A stretch of DNA of 64,000 nt from Eledone cirrhosa (GCA_964016885.1 OZ024758.1:16430001-16494000); one strand, 5' to 3'; shown: positions 1 to 15,622, numbered from the stretch's first letter. The notes: generated by a model not told the origin, from the sequence alone. Translations and numbers: made by a program.

Positions 1-133
1 CTATTTCCGTCGAAACGGCTTGAGCTCTGCCGTCGGTGTTAAACATTTTCCTATTGCCCACTCTACTACCTTAAGTATTGAGTACTCTTGTGCGTTATGG
101 TCCATCTGGTTCCTTACCAGACCTCATTCGTTA
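1..133 (+). mobile_element. Family A HHR-bearing TA-embedded element (sense arm, cut by window edge)
   Basis: CGAAACGGCTTGAGCTCTGCCGTC followed by the GTATTGAGTAC..GGTTCCTTACC body shared with other copies. Ends in a TA tract. Confidence 0.7.
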
Positions 134-516
134 TATATAATATATATATAAAAATATATTTATATATAATTAAGCAGGAACAAAATCTAAACGTTGTATC
201 ATAAATATGTCTACTATATTCACAGAAGACAATTACTTCGACATCGATTAGCTCAGTGTGAGATATTGATGAGCGTGGCTCGACCTTGTATCGACAATAT
301 ACCAGAGATGTAGGTTTATATGTACAGAACATATGACGCACTTTGGGACTGCATTGCGTGCTTATCGATTTATATAATATATATATATATATACATCTGA
401 AGAAGAAGTGTCGATTAGAGTCGAGATCCGATCGCATGATCAAACCCGAGCTGATCGATATAGAAGAAATTGCAAGATGAAATAAAGTTACATAAACCTG
501 AAATTCTTATTGTCAC

Positions 517-587
<71 letters not shown>

Positions 588-648
588 ATATATATAATTG
601 GAGGCTTAGTAAAATCGAATCTTTGGCGGTGTGCAAGCAAATTCGACC

Positions 649-703
<55 letters not shown>

Positions 704-852
704 ATTTGCACGTAATCATACATCATAGATGCTCGCTTGTACGTGATAATTATCATTTTTATGTCCAAGGAATAGATATACAAGCTATGCCATAATATTA
801 CCTCAAGATACACGAACGGGAAAGATAAAAATATATGTATGAATCTCTCCCG

Positions 853-887
<35 letters not shown>

Positions 888-1751
888 CAAATATATATAT
901 TTATGTATGTGTATATGAAGGGGTAGTGGTGTGCTTGCGCGTGTATACAGTTTATTTTAATAACGTGTAGCATAATTTCCTTGAGGAAATTCACATCATA
1001 TATTTGTCGCTTTCGGAAATATTTTTGATACGTATTCCTAAAACATTTCAAATAAGTTTACATTGGAAAAAAAAAAAGAAAGATAGATCATAAATATAAA
1101 ACAAAACAAATAACTGAACAAACAATGGAATAAATAAACAAATCTAAGTTTAAACGTTAGATATAAAATGATAGGCAATAACTCCATAAATAACAGTATG
1201 AAAACAATAATATAAACAGACGCAAAACCTCTAAATATAAATAGAATCTAAAAAACAAAATGTCCGCTCCTCGCCACCTCAACGTTATTGCGAGAGAAAA
1301 TAAAACGAATTTCAATAAGCTATTATTTATTAGCAAATCTTCACGAAACGTGGTTAATTATTTGTTTATATATGCTTTGTAGGTAGTTGTATAGAGCAAA
1401 GAAAACAATGAATTCCAGCAACAATATGAAACAGAAGACAGAAGAAGAACCAACATAGCTATATATTTTATTGATCCTAAACAAGTAACACGTGTATGTG
1501 TATGTATATATATATATGTGTGTGTGTAGATATATATGTATATATATGCGTGTGTGTGTGTGGATATATATGTACATATATATATATATATACATATATA
1601 CATATATATATATACATATATATACATATAAATATATACATATATATATATAATATATACATATATATATACATATATATACATATAAATATATAAATAC
1701 ACATATATATATACATAATATATACATATATATATATATATTTATTATTAC

Positions 1752-1782
<31 letters not shown>

Positions 1783-2061
1783 TTATAAATATATATGTAT
1801 GTGTATATATATATATATGTATTTATGAATATATATGTATGTATATATATATACATATATATATGTGTGTGTGTGCTGTATATGTGTGTGTGTGTGTATA
1901 TATGTATGTATGTTTGTATATATATATATGTGTGTGTGTGTGTATATATATATGTTTGTATGTATGTATATATATATCATAAAACAGAAAGAAAATGACA
2001 CATTAATATTAAATATAGATTTTGTCCAGAAGACAAAACTATAAAAATTGCTGGTAACAAA

Positions 2062-2129
<68 letters not shown>

Positions 2130-2160
2130 ACGTATATATACATATATATGTGTGTGTGTG

Positions 2161-2191
<31 letters not shown>

Positions 2192-2207
2192 GTGTGTGTG
2201 TGTATAC

Positions 2208-2255
<48 letters not shown>

Positions 2256-2787
2256 CTGTGTGTGTGTACGTATATATATATATATATATATATATACATA
2301 CGTACATTTAATTAGATTTAGGCTGTTTAAAACTTTCGAAACCGATTGATTATTCACAACAAAAATACGAAACAGAAATATTTTGGACTTAATACCCTGA
2401 AGAAGGTTATAATTCCTCTCTGAATTCTGAAATATAATTCCTCCACGTTCGTCTGACAATGTTGTTCTATAAAAATCACCAGCCGAAGAGACCCTACATT
2501 GTCGTATAACCTGTTAGAAACCAGAGTATAAAAATTTCTAGCACACGTGCGTGTGATTGTTTCAAATATCTCTACTCATTATTTTGCTTTTAACTCAATT
2601 AACCAAATCTAATGAACGTATTATACGTATTATATATATTATTAGAGTTACGGCCCTTGCCATTCTGAGTTCAAATCCCGCCGAGGTTAACTTTGCCTTT
2701 CATCCTTACGGGGTCGATAAAATAAAGTACCAGTAATGCACTGGTTAATTGCTGGCCTTCTGCCAAAAATAGAAACAATTATTATTA

Positions 2788-2858
<71 letters not shown>

Positions 2859-3144
2859 AATATATATACTTGGGGAGGGTCACATTGTTATAATATCGGC
2901 AGAAATAATAACAGAATACACTCACTATTTGGTTGGTTTTCGCTTCTGTATCTTTCATATCTCCAAAGTTAGTCTATTTGGCAATCAATGTTTATCATTG
3001 ATTGACCAATGGTTAAAAATACATATATAAATATATATACATATATATATATACTAATAATAATAAATTTGAAGACTAAAATTCAAAGAGGGCTCGATAA
3101 GGATAAATATATATTTCAGAAGATCCCGTTAAGGGTGAAAGCAG

Positions 3145-3397
3145 CTGAAAAGTGACACAGAGGAGATTGAGGTTAGCTGGACATGCTCACCGACATCCAG
3201 AGTTGACATTGCACTCAGTGCTCCTGTGGGAGCCCCTACATGGACACACTGGAAGAGGAAGACGAAGGTTAACGTATGTTGATGCCCTAAGGACAGACAC
3301 TGGTCTGTTGGAGACGCAGGACATGGCAGCGATAATGAGGGACAGAGACCGCTGGAGAGAACTCGTCCATGGATCTCGGAAATTTTACCCGCCCTAG
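3145..3397 (+). mobile_element. 3' fragment of the same RTE-type LINE
   Basis: QRRLRLAGHAHRHPE..LLWEP..GRGR..RDRDRWR. Matches 27436-27686. Confidence 0.85.
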
Positions 3398-3401
3398 AAT
3401 A

Positions 3402-3472
<71 letters not shown>

Positions 3473-3946
3473 ATAAATATCACAAAATAAAATATTCCAT
3501 TACCCAAGGTTTCACAAAGACGATTCTAACAGAGACGTCTGAAGTCATTCATCAGATAGAAGTCTTTAATTTGGAATCGTATGACTTCGTTAAACCTTGG
3601 GTAATGGAATAATTATATTGTGTTGTTTATTATATAATGAAATAGCTCTACTTTCCTTTACCTCACGGAAATACTTAATATATATATTTTTTTTCGATCG
3701 ACGTTCGTCAAATGGGACCGAGGAAACAATGTTTCCGTTTGTCTTTCCAATTGCTAATACTCTCTATCAGTCGCAACTCCAGGTAGAAATATATATATAT
3801 ATATATATATACATGTGCGTTTATCTTCAAAATTACGCATGATGTTGAACTAGCCTGCTTTTAAATTCCCTTTTTGGCATATTATAAACAGTAGTGTCTT
3901 TGAGCTCCGCTGATGATCAATTCCAACCGTGACCATCCCCACTGAA

Positions 3947-4125
3947 AGTTTCGTGAAATAGTCTTTTTTAAGACTATACAGAGCATTTGTAGTTTTTCCA
4001 AATTGAAGAATGAGTATTTTAAACTTTATTTTATTCAGAGTTAAGGCTCTATTGATTTTTCCCTGGATTTCACCAAATTCTGTGGATGAATCTATATCCT
4101 GAATCTTTTTGAATTGAGTTTGAAT
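3947..4125. repeat. Dispersed ~180-bp repeat, second copy at 15058-15230
   Basis: TTTCGTGAAATAGTCTTTT..GACTATACAGAGCATTTG..GGCTCTATTGATTTTTCCCTGGATTT shared. Origin unknown. Confidence 0.75.
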
Positions 4126-4717
4126 TATTTTCCCACATCTTACGTTAACTATTTTTGTAAAACAGCTTTCGCCAACTTTCCAAGAAAATGCGTTCTAGTT
4201 TAAAAAAAAATAGAAAACCTTGTTAGCGAAAATAACCTGCAATTGGCTAAGCATTCCATAGACACGTATACAGTAAACGTTATTCTCAGGGAGATTAAAT
4301 GTAACATTAGGTGTAATAAGGCTGGCCTTTTAATTATTTAATTACAGATTTTATTGAACGCACGGGTGAAATCTGAATTAAAGTGTCTTGCTCAAGATCG
4401 CCACGTAAGGCAAGGAACCAAACTGACTCCTTTAGAATTCTGTACCAAACGCTCTAAGCACTAAGCAACCTCCTTCACACAAATACAATACTAGAACGGT
4501 TTGTAACCGAAGCAGAAAAAACAAAAATAAAATTCTTTCAAAGGAAACGACCTATGTAGGGTCACCCAATACGTTAGAAATAGCAGCAAAATATCCAGTA
4601 AACTATAAACAAGAACAGTCGCATTGCAGATGACTCAAGTACTCACTTAGCTGTGATTGCTAAAACGAACTAAAGATCTAAATAAATAAACATATAAACG
4701 TTTCTCCTCCACCTCTG

Positions 4718-4765
<48 letters not shown>

Positions 4766-5713
4766 GTGTGTAACTATGTATATGTATGTACACACTCATC
4801 TATATTTATATATATATATACACACATGTTTCTTTATATATACATATATTTATAAATATATATATACATATGTTTATAAATATGTATGTATATATATATG
4901 TATATATATATATACATACATATCTCTCTCTCCCTCTCTCTCTCTCTCTTATATATATATATATATATATATATACCCACATACATACATATTACACATA
5001 TACACATGTACACCTGTGCGACATAGTTTGTGTATAAGGAGAAGCAATAGAGAGATGGAAATACTCTTATATACTTACATAGATAGAGATGTTTGATATA
5101 ACAGATGAGATGAAAAATAGAGAGAGAAGTAGAGAGTGAAGTAGAGAGAGAGAAGTAGAGAGAGAGAAGTAGAGAGAGAGAAGTAGAGAGAGAGAAGTAG
5201 AGATAGAAATGGGGATTTGAATGATAAATTAAAGGATGAGTATACATTTCAGTGAAGGTAGATGAATAGGTAAAAACGTAACTATAAATGAACAGAGATA
5301 TTTCGATAATTATACACAAATGTATTGTATAATAGCCGAAAGATCTTTCAAATGAAAGCTTTCTAGTCTCTTTGTTCTGCTATTTATGGAGGGAAAATGA
5401 ATGGTAGATGTAAAGGAACTAAAACAAAATATAAACGATAAAAGATAAAAGAAAAATGAAAGGCATATTAACTGACAAACTATAACTACATGCTGTGTTT
5501 ATATCAGGGGGGGGGGGGACAAATCAATATACATATATACATTCACATACAGTCACACAAATATACACATATATATATACACATGCATAAATATATATAT
5601 ATATATATATATACATATACGCAGACACAGATACATACATACATACATACATACATACATACATACATAATACATACATATATATACATATATACACAGA
5701 CAGACAAACAGAT

Positions 5714-5744
<31 letters not shown>

Positions 5745-5765
5745 CATACACACACACACATGCAG

Positions 5766-5815
<50 letters not shown>

Positions 5816-5971
5816 TTATAAGCATATATATATATATTTATTAAAATAACAGATTAAAGTTTAAGCAAAGAATCGCTGCTTTCACCCTTATTGAGCCCTC
5901 TTTGGATTTTAGTCTTCAAATTTATTATTATTACTATATATATATATACATGTATATATACATATATATAT

Positions 5972-6165
5972 AGGAACGAGTAGGACCCCGACAGCTGAGC
6001 TCAAGCCGTTTCGACGGCTAATTCTGTGTCCAGAATTAGCCGTCGAAACGGCTTGAGCTCAGCCGTCGGGGTCCTACTCGTTCCTATTACCCAGTCTATT
6101 ACCCTAAGTATTGAGTACTCTGGTGCGTTATGGTCCATCTGGTTCCTTACCACATTTCCTTTGTT
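5972..6165. mobile_element. Family A fold-back element
   Basis: Antisense arm GGAACGAG..CTAATTCTG, then sense arm CAGAATTAG..CTCGTTCC plus tail. TA on both sides. Confidence 0.8.
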
Positions 6166-6256
6166 ATATATATATATATATATATAGCGTGTCGCGAAAA
6201 ATGTATATACACTTTCATTAGAATGATGTTAAAATATGTGCAGGATGTATATATAT

Positions 6257-6305
<49 letters not shown>

Positions 6306-6516
6306 TTGCGTATAAGTGTGTATATATATGTGTGTGTGTGTGTATTTATCTGAGTGATGTTGATGGATGTGAGAATGACTGATCAATATCGAAGTAGATT
6401 TTAAATATTTTTAGTTATGCCTAAGTGATAGTTCTTGTTACTCTGGAGTTTCGCCTGTGTAATTACAGAATCATCAGACTTGTCATTTTTCCATATTTTG
6501 TGAGTACACAGGGAAT

Positions 6517-7572
<1,056 letters not shown>

Positions 7573-7589
7573 TATATATATACATATAT

Positions 7590-7730
7590 ATTGAAAGGAT
7601 AACAAGGACGATTGGTTACTCCTTCATTACATTTATTGGTAGGTGACGCGCGTTTCGCCAATGATCAGCTCAAGGTTCGATCTGTATCGATCTTACCCGA
7701 CTCAATAATCGGCAGCTCGACGGACCCTTA
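7590..7730 (-). mobile_element. Family F element with degenerate long-stem-II HHR; related sequence at 394-490 (+) and ~20265-20345 (-)
   Basis: Minus strand reads GGGT-ccgtcga..GGC-GAAA-CGCGCG-TC-ACCT..AATAAA. The related copy at 397 retains CTGAAGA and a similar GAGTCG..GATC..GAGCTGATC stem II. Confidence 0.45.
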
Positions 7731-7744
7731 TATATATATATATA

Positions 7745-7797
<53 letters not shown>

Positions 7798-7799
<2 letters not shown>

Positions 7800-7947
7800 G
7801 TTTAATATAGAAATGGCTTCTACAGGACTAGAACTCTTTTCAACTCAAAGAACATCATCCATCTGGAAAGCTTATTAAACATTGTATATAATCTACTATA
7901 TATTGAGTACCTTGCTTGCTGTGGTTACCCCGATTGAACTCGGGATA
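7798..7947. mobile_element. Degenerate family B fold-back element
   Basis: GGCTTCTACAGGACTAGAACT antisense arm. The sense tail TATTGAGTACCTTGCTTGCTGTGGTTACCCCGA matches the reverse complement of 29215-29252. Confidence 0.6.
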
Positions 7948-7972
7948 CACACACACACACACACACACACAC

Positions 7973-8005
<33 letters not shown>

Positions 8006-8007
<2 letters not shown>

Positions 8008-8095
8008 TATGTTTCTTTATTAGCCACAGGGGCACACAAGAAGGCGACAAATACAAAGGGGGAAGTTTACATACAATAAAAACGTGTAAAATGTT

Positions 8096-8166
<71 letters not shown>

Positions 8167-8511
8167 GATATACATATATATATTTTTGTTTATTTGTGGA
8201 GCGAGAGACAAATAAATTCGATGTTGAAAGAGTGGGGTTGGACCCGTGCAAAGCGTTTTCGCACTTAAAAAAGATTCAAGTACAGGCACCGCTTGATATG
8301 CGACATTTTTGGCGGTGCATGGTATTCCTGGTCATAGGCAAGTCCCAAGCAGGACTAAACATCTACGTCCGTAATGGTTGTACTTAAGTATCAAGCGATG
8401 GCAACACTCGAAATCGTGTTGCAACCTTCACCACCACATCTATCTATATATCTATCTACTCACCCATCACTGTCCTATTTCTTGTGCGCCCCTCGGGAAA
8501 ATAAAGTAAAA

Positions 8512-8543
<32 letters not shown>

Positions 8544-8673
8544 GGGGAAAATCGACTAACTTTTAAATTCCATCTGTGATAACATTTTACACGTTTTTAT
8601 TGTATGTAAACTTCCCCCTTTGTATTTGTCCCCTTCTTTTGTGCCCCTGTGGCTAATAAAGAAATATATCTAT
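8006..8673. repeat. ~90-bp inverted repeats of a LINE-3'UTR-like sequence around (GATA)n/(TATC)n tracts
   Basis: 8006-8097 is the reverse complement of 8579-8673, ending GGCTAATAAAGAAAT. Similar ends at 9125-9193 and 41205-41290. Confidence 0.65.
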
Positions 8674-8705
8674 CGGTCAGTATAATTTTATATATAGTTT
8701 ATTGT

Positions 8706-9095
8706 TACTCGATATGCAAATTGGGCTACTCAGCCGTTAATATGCATAAGGTAAGTATATACGTTCAACAATCTGGCAGGAAGGTATACGTTGCTGACAA
8801 TAGCTAATAAGCTTGAAACTAGTACAGCGTTCCTTTGTCAGTGTTGAACAAACGAGCAACGATGGTTGCTAGACACTACGGCTTAATACGGGATGTTTGT
8901 TTACAAACACACCGAGCATTATAATAAATGTTCGGTGAATCCATACGTAAATATATATGTGTGCATGTATGTATATATATATACATACTACTGTACGTCT
9001 GTATACATATATGTATGTACGTGTACATACTTATATTTAAGTAACAGCCGTACTAAGAGTGGGAAATGAAATTTTGTTTCATTTTTTCCGTTTAT
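8706..9095 (+). mobile_element. Family L monomer with HHR at 8789-8829
   Basis: CGTTG-CTGACAA-t-AGCT-aata-AGCT-t-GAAA-CTAG-TA-CAGCG. Body aligns with 7017-7411. Confidence 0.7.
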
Positions 9096-9723
9096 TTATT
9101 AATGTTAAAGTTATATCATGTTTATGTAAAACCCCCCACCGTCACGTCTTGTAATGTTCCATCTTTGTACGCCCTTGTGGCAAATAAAGAAATACACCTA
9201 CCTAACCATCTATCTATCTATCTATGTATCGGTATGTCTATTTATCTAGCTAGCTATATTTATTTGTTTATTTATCTCTCTCCGTTTTATTTTATGACAC
9301 CTTTCTCTTTTATGAAGAATCAACAGTACTCTAATTGTTGACATACTTAGCTTGCTTAAAATTTATACATATATAATTGGCCGTTTTATTGGAAATTTAA
9401 AGGGCACCTATTGTTAATGAGATAAATTATTGAAGGTAATTAGATTTGCTGATCAACTAATTCAATTATTTCACAACGAAGATTAAATGTCGTATAGACA
9501 CTAAGGGTTAATAAATTTATGTAGAATGTCAGTTGATGCATTCGAGTTATAATAATCTTCATCTGAATGAAAACTTTCTATAGAATGAAAATAAAGGAAT
9601 TAATTGTCAGATCAGTTTCAAGAGAATGTTGCCAAGTTTATTTCCAAATTTAAGATTCTTGTATTTTATATGGAAATAATTTCTTGTCATGATGTGTGAG
9701 CTGTCATATACCCCCACCCACAC

Positions 9724-9785
<62 letters not shown>

Positions 9786-9829
9786 TATATAATATTATTA
9801 TTTACACTTATATATACACTATATATAAT

Positions 9830-10069
9830 TATAAACAGGAATGGTAAGTAATTCATTACTACCTTATTGCCAGTAAGAAAAATAGCTCAATGTAAATACA
9901 TCAGATGTTTTACAGAGCAAGAATATATATTACAGAATAATCAAAACTATGTTCAAAACATTTTATTGCTGACAATCGTTTCTTCCAAACTTTCGTTTGG
10001 AATCATCGGAAGTTTGGAAGAAACGATTGTCAGCAATAAAATGTTTTGAACATAGTTTTGATTATTCTG

Positions 10070-10078
<9 letters not shown>
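9830..10078. mobile_element. Family D fold-back element (palindrome 9924-10078)
   Basis: ~70-bp inverted arms, TA flanks. Confidence 0.75.
9966..10009 (-). ncRNA. Hammerhead ribozyme remnant (family D), truncated at the inversion junction
   Basis: Minus strand reads cCGATGA-TTCCAAAC-GAAA-GTTTGGAA-GAAA-CGATTG-TC-AGC-AATAAA: 8-bp stem II with a GNRA loop and a GUC site. Confidence 0.65.
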
Positions 10079-10106
<28 letters not shown>

Positions 10107-11337
10107 CAAACAAAATTAACTCGAATATAGAGTTTGAGACACGAGTTTATTAGAATTCGTAGGAAAATGGGAAAACTCGGCGAAAAGAAGCTTTTGAAAA
10201 AGCAAAATGCCATCAAAGCGGCGTTGGGTAAACTGTTTATCTTAACCCTTTAGCATTTACATTGTTGTTGTTGTTACAGCTCACACCTATGCAGGTTTAG
10301 CTGGCCTCCTCCAAGGCATATCTCGTTGGAGGTGTCTTGGGTAATTCTTGCATTTAATATGGAAATAATTTCTTGGCATGATATGTGTGTATGACAGCTC
10401 ACACCTATGCAGGTTTAGCTGGCCTCTTCCAAGTTATATCTCGTTGGAGGTGTCTTGGGTAATTTAATGATAAGGGACCCCAGTCCTATCATCTCATTTC
10501 TACAGCTGAGTAAACTGGAGCAACGTGAAATAAAGTGTCTTACTCAAGGAAACAACACATCACCCGGTCCGAGAATTGAACTCACAACCTTTCGATTGCA
10601 AGCCCAATGCTCTAACTACTAAGACATGCGCCTTCACTTGTCATGATGTACATGGCTTTACCAGATTCTTCAGCTTCTGGAGGGAAATATGAAAACCTTC
10701 TTCTTCTTGGCCCACTTATTCCTTACCGGTTGGTTTCACCCGTAAAATCTGTCCACCGATTCTTTTCTGAGACATTCTATTACTATTTCAATATTTGTAA
10801 AGGGACTTAAGGATATAATTCTTCCTTCCTTTGGCACAAGGCCAGTGCATTACTGATACTTTATTTTTTCGACGCCGTAAGGATGAAAGGCAAAGTTAAC
10901 CTCGGCGGGATTTGAACTCATATCATTAAGGGCCGTAACTCTATTCTGAAAAGCATGGCGTCCGACCCTCTACCGATACTGCCAATCCAATGGGGAGAGC
11001 GAGAGAGACGAAGGCAGTGACTATACCAGCATTGCTGAAGTGTTTTGTAGAGTTAAAGGTTAATTGCATTCTTTCCATCTTCTCCTACTCCTTCCCCACA
11101 TCGCCTATATTGTGACACATTTTTGGAAAGTGAATGATACTATCAACATCTACTAGGTAGATATGTATGTATATCTGCAATGCATGCATGCATGCATGTG
11201 TGTGCAGGTATCAACGTTATTGTATGTGTGTATGTGTATGTTTTGAGTTATATGTATGCATGTGCATATGCTTTGTATCTGTACATGTGTACATGCAGTT
11301 ATTAGATGCAGAACTTTTGGACTGTTTTACATATGTA

Positions 11338-11592
11338 CAGGGGCCTCGTTTGCCTTAAAAATGTGACGGGGACAAACCAACATTTGTTGATTCTTAAAGG
11401 AGCATAAATTGCTTATGGTGCCTTTCCTGGACCCTATCATATAAGGAACATTTTATATATTCAAATGTAGTTCAGATATGAAAAATAAGCTTAAAAAGAA
11501 TTTATTATATCAAATAAACAAAAAATAAAACATAGACGTTTGAAAAGGTGGGGGGACTTGTCCCCTGGTATTTCCCTGAAACAAGACCCTTG
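11338..11592. mobile_element. Possible hAT-type MITE
   Basis: TIRs CAGGGGCCTCGTTT / AAACAAGACCCTTG. Flanks CATATGTA / TATATGTA. Confidence 0.45.
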
Positions 11593-12369
11593 TATATGTA
11601 TGTATCCGGCATTCTCCGGTCCTAAGATAGACTTTCCGTTATACTTTGTAGAAAGCTTCTTCACTTTATTCTGTGGAAGAAGCATTGGTTCTCTTTAACA
11701 ATAAGGAAGTGTGAATTTAAGCCAGCGTAGAGTTCTACTTTTTGTCTATTGAATAAATTCGATTTTATTACGTGTTTCAAGATTATAAACGGTGTAATGG
11801 TTAGCGGGAAGTATTTTGTCATGAAACAAACGATTAAACATTTAGAATTCCAGGTGTAGTATTGACTACGTATAACAGTCTCGTTATTTCTTGTACCTCT
11901 TTTCTAATACAGCCATCAGGTAAATTTAATAAGACTGCAATCTTTAGGAAATGAACTAGTCTCGAATTAGTTAAAGTATTATGCAGAAATACTGAATACT
12001 TATTAGCTATTCACTTCTGCAGGTAATTAAAGTAGTTCTCCAACAGATTCTACTAACATCCCAGCCTCAGAACCAAATCTATAAATTTCATTGCATTCTT
12101 GTCGCCATTATAAAAGCTACAATACTCTTTCCAGCACTTTATTTGATTATACACCAGACAAGTTTAGAGGGAAGAGAGACTAAATAACAAGTTAAATAAC
12201 TATGTAATTATAACAAATCAATTTAAGTGTGTAAGTTTAGCGAGTAAGCAACCCTTGTACCAACCAGCTTGCATATTTTCATCCAACATTTATAATTCAA
12301 CCTCCAACAGATTATCTTTTGAACGATGTGTGTTCATAATGGCCGACTGAATAAGCACGTATGTTATTT

Positions 12370-12555
12370 CTCCCCCCCCCCCCGTTCATTTCTCTTTTCA
12401 CTATTTTCTTTCTGTTTATAACTCTATCTTCTTCTGAAGGACTAGTGTCCGAAACGTTAAGGTTCTTTTCCTGCTACTTCAATCGTTAAACTAATATATT
12501 TCTTCTTCAATGGACTGTGTCGTTTGCTTTGTTATTTCTGTTTCCCTTTTACATA
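12370..12555 (+). mobile_element. Diverged family K fragment with degenerate HHR at 12428-12463
   Basis: CTGAAGGACTAGTGTCCGAAACGTTAAG, with a tail similar to 13310-13400. Confidence 0.6.
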
Positions 12556-12634
12556 CTTAAATAGACCTAGCCTGACATTTGCGGTCAAAGCTTTAAATAT
12601 GTTCCACACATTTTCAATATAAGCTGTTTCAATC

Positions 12635-12701
<67 letters not shown>

Positions 12702-13094
12702 CTCCCATGTGTAGCTATATGTGTTAGTGTCCCAGTTATCCATATTATTTCTAGTATATAAATGTGTTTCATTGTATATTCGATTTAGGCCAATATTCTT
12801 ACAAAATAAATTCTGATATTTTTCTTCTAAGTTTGATATTCAAAGGTCAATAAATGGTTAATATCTTTATAAAATTCATTCTCTATGTCACATTTACCCT
12901 GTTAAGTAGTATAGTTTAGAACAGAGGTTCTGAAACTTTTGGGGCCACTGCCCCCCACAAGGCCTCGTTATACCCTCAGCGCCCCCACGCCCATTTCCAG
13001 AAAGACCTGCCTACATGCAAATTGTAAATAATATATAATAAATAAAATCGGTAATTTATATATAATAATATAATATATATTATGTATAAATGAT

Positions 13095-13128
<34 letters not shown>

Positions 13129-13217
13129 AAGAGAAAGAGAGAAAGAGAGAAAGAGAGACGAATAGAGGGAGAGAGAGATGTCAACATGAATGGACCTGTT
13201 ATTTTTATCTAAAGACA

Positions 13218-13400
13218 GTTTTTTCCAATTCCACCCCGCCCGTCCCTTCAATCTAGCTTATTTCTCATTCTTTCTTCTGATGAAGGACTAGCATCCGAAA
13301 CGTTAAGACCCTCTTCCTGCTATTTCAAACATGAACCTAATATATTCCTTCCATATATTGTACTGATTGTGTTGTTATTTCTGTTTACCTTTTACATACA
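13218..13400 (+). mobile_element. Family K PLE pLTR-like fragment with minimal HHR at 13273-13308
   Basis: TCTT-CTGATGA-a-GGActagcaTCC-GAAA-CG-TT-AAGA. ACGT palindromic stem III, as in minimal PLE HHRs. Confidence 0.75.
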
Positions 13401-13507
13401 TAAATATATTATATATAATATGTAGCATTTAATATTTAATATACTATTATATCATCTCTATGCATTCTCTATGACATCTTTACCGGGTTAAATAATATAG
13501 TTTAGAA

Positions 13508-13654
13508 CAGAGTTTCGCAAACGTTTTGGGACACAGCCCTCCTCAGAGCTACGTAGTACCCTCAGCGCCCACAACCCTATTTCCAGAGAGCGCCTTAAGT
13601 CCCAGCGTCCCCCAGAGGGGGAGGGGGCGGTAGCACCCACATTGAGAATATCTG
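13508..13654. mobile_element. hAT-type MITE; partial related copy from 12922
   Basis: Imperfect TIRs CAGAGTTTCGCAA / TTGAGAATATCTG, flanked by the 8-bp direct repeat GTTTAGAA. Confidence 0.6.
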
Positions 13655-14417
13655 GTTTAGAATATATACTTTTAAGACAGTAAGGAATGAGTATTGACAC
13701 CGTTTTATTGTATACATTTAACTTCTATCAGCAGTTTATAGCCTTTAGAAGAGATGTGACATGTTAGTTATGATTTCATTTTTGTTGTACATACAAAACA
13801 AACTATTTTATTTTCATTTATAACGAGAGTGGTGAGCTCAAATTAAGTGATATGACATAAAATTTCAATGAATATTCCGAGAATTGAGAATACGTGTATC
13901 TCTACAACTGTGCTGTTACTAAGATATAACTTCATTATATGAAAATTCTGAAATATATTGTTCAAATTATGAAGCCACTCAAGCTAAAGATAAATTATAT
14001 TTCGCTCTAGATGAAAGAATAAATCAATTTTATAAATTTCCAATAAATCATGACTATACAGAAAGTAATTAGTTCTGTGGTGAAGAACGATGTTTATCAC
14101 GTTTTATCAACAGACTAAGGTAGCAAGTCTTCTTACTGATGTAAATAAGCTGTCAAGGCACATAGGATATATTCAGAAGTCGTGTTAACTACCTAGGGAG
14201 TTTTCTACATCAAGACATGCAGGAAAGCTTTTATATCATTGAATAGGGCCAATTCCTTGCTACCCATTGGCATAAAATCAATTCAATATCCAGCTGGCAG
14301 CATCTAAATATTATTTTATTAGATAAACTTTCATATCACTAACGTCATATGAAATGATGTAGACACATCTAACTACGATATTATAGCCAAGATTTCTCTC
14401 TCTCTCTCTCTTTCTCG

Positions 14418-14455
<38 letters not shown>

Positions 14456-14657
14456 ATATATATATATATAATTGTTTCTACTTTCGGCACAAGGCCAGCA
14501 ATTACCCAGTACATTACTGGTACTTTATTGTACCGACCCCGTAAGGATGAAAGGCAAAGTTAACCTCGGCGGGATTTGAACTCAGACTGTAAAGGGACGT
14601 AACTATGCTAGAAAGCATGGCGTCCAACCCTCTACCGATACTGCCAATTCACCACCC

Positions 14658-14701
<44 letters not shown>

Positions 14702-15590
14702 TATATATATATATATGAAATATATATATATATATATATATAAAATATATATATATATATATATAAAATATATATATATATATATATAAAATATATATAT
14801 ATATATATATAAAATATATATATATATATAATATAATATAATATATATATATATATATATAATATAATATAATATATATAATATATATATATATATAATA
14901 TAATATATATAATATATATATATAATATAATATATATAATATATATATATATATAATATAATATATATAATATATATATATAATATAATATATATAATAT
15001 ATATATATATATAATATAATATATATATATATATATATATATACTATAATATATATAAGTTTTCGTGAAATAGTCTTTTCAAGACTATACAGAGCATTTG
15101 AAGTTGTCCCAAATTGAAGGTTGATTACTTTAGACTTTGTTTTATCAAGAGTTGAGGCTCTATTGATTTTTCCCTGGATTTCTCTAAATTCTGTTGGATA
15201 AATCTATATCCTGATTCCTTTTGAATATGTTATGGAATACTGTTAGCTTCTAGCTACAACAATTTCTATACTTTTCATTTATATATATATAATATATATA
15301 TATATTATATATATATATAATATATAATATATATATATATATAATATATAATATATATATATATAATATATAATATATATAATATATAATATATATAATA
15401 TATAATATATATATATATATAATATATGTATATATATATATATAATATATATATATATTATTGGTTCTACTTTTTTGGCACAAGGCCAGCAATTACTCAG
15501 TGTATTACTGGTACTTTATTTTATCGACCTCGTAAGGCTGAAAGGCAAAGTTAACCTCGATTTATATAATATATATATAATATATATATA

Positions 15591-15622
<32 letters not shown>

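Noticed and set aside
5972-6165. Fold-back elements as classical MITEs
   Set aside because: Arm lengths are unequal and variable, the centre shifts between copies, and the arms contain HHR motifs.
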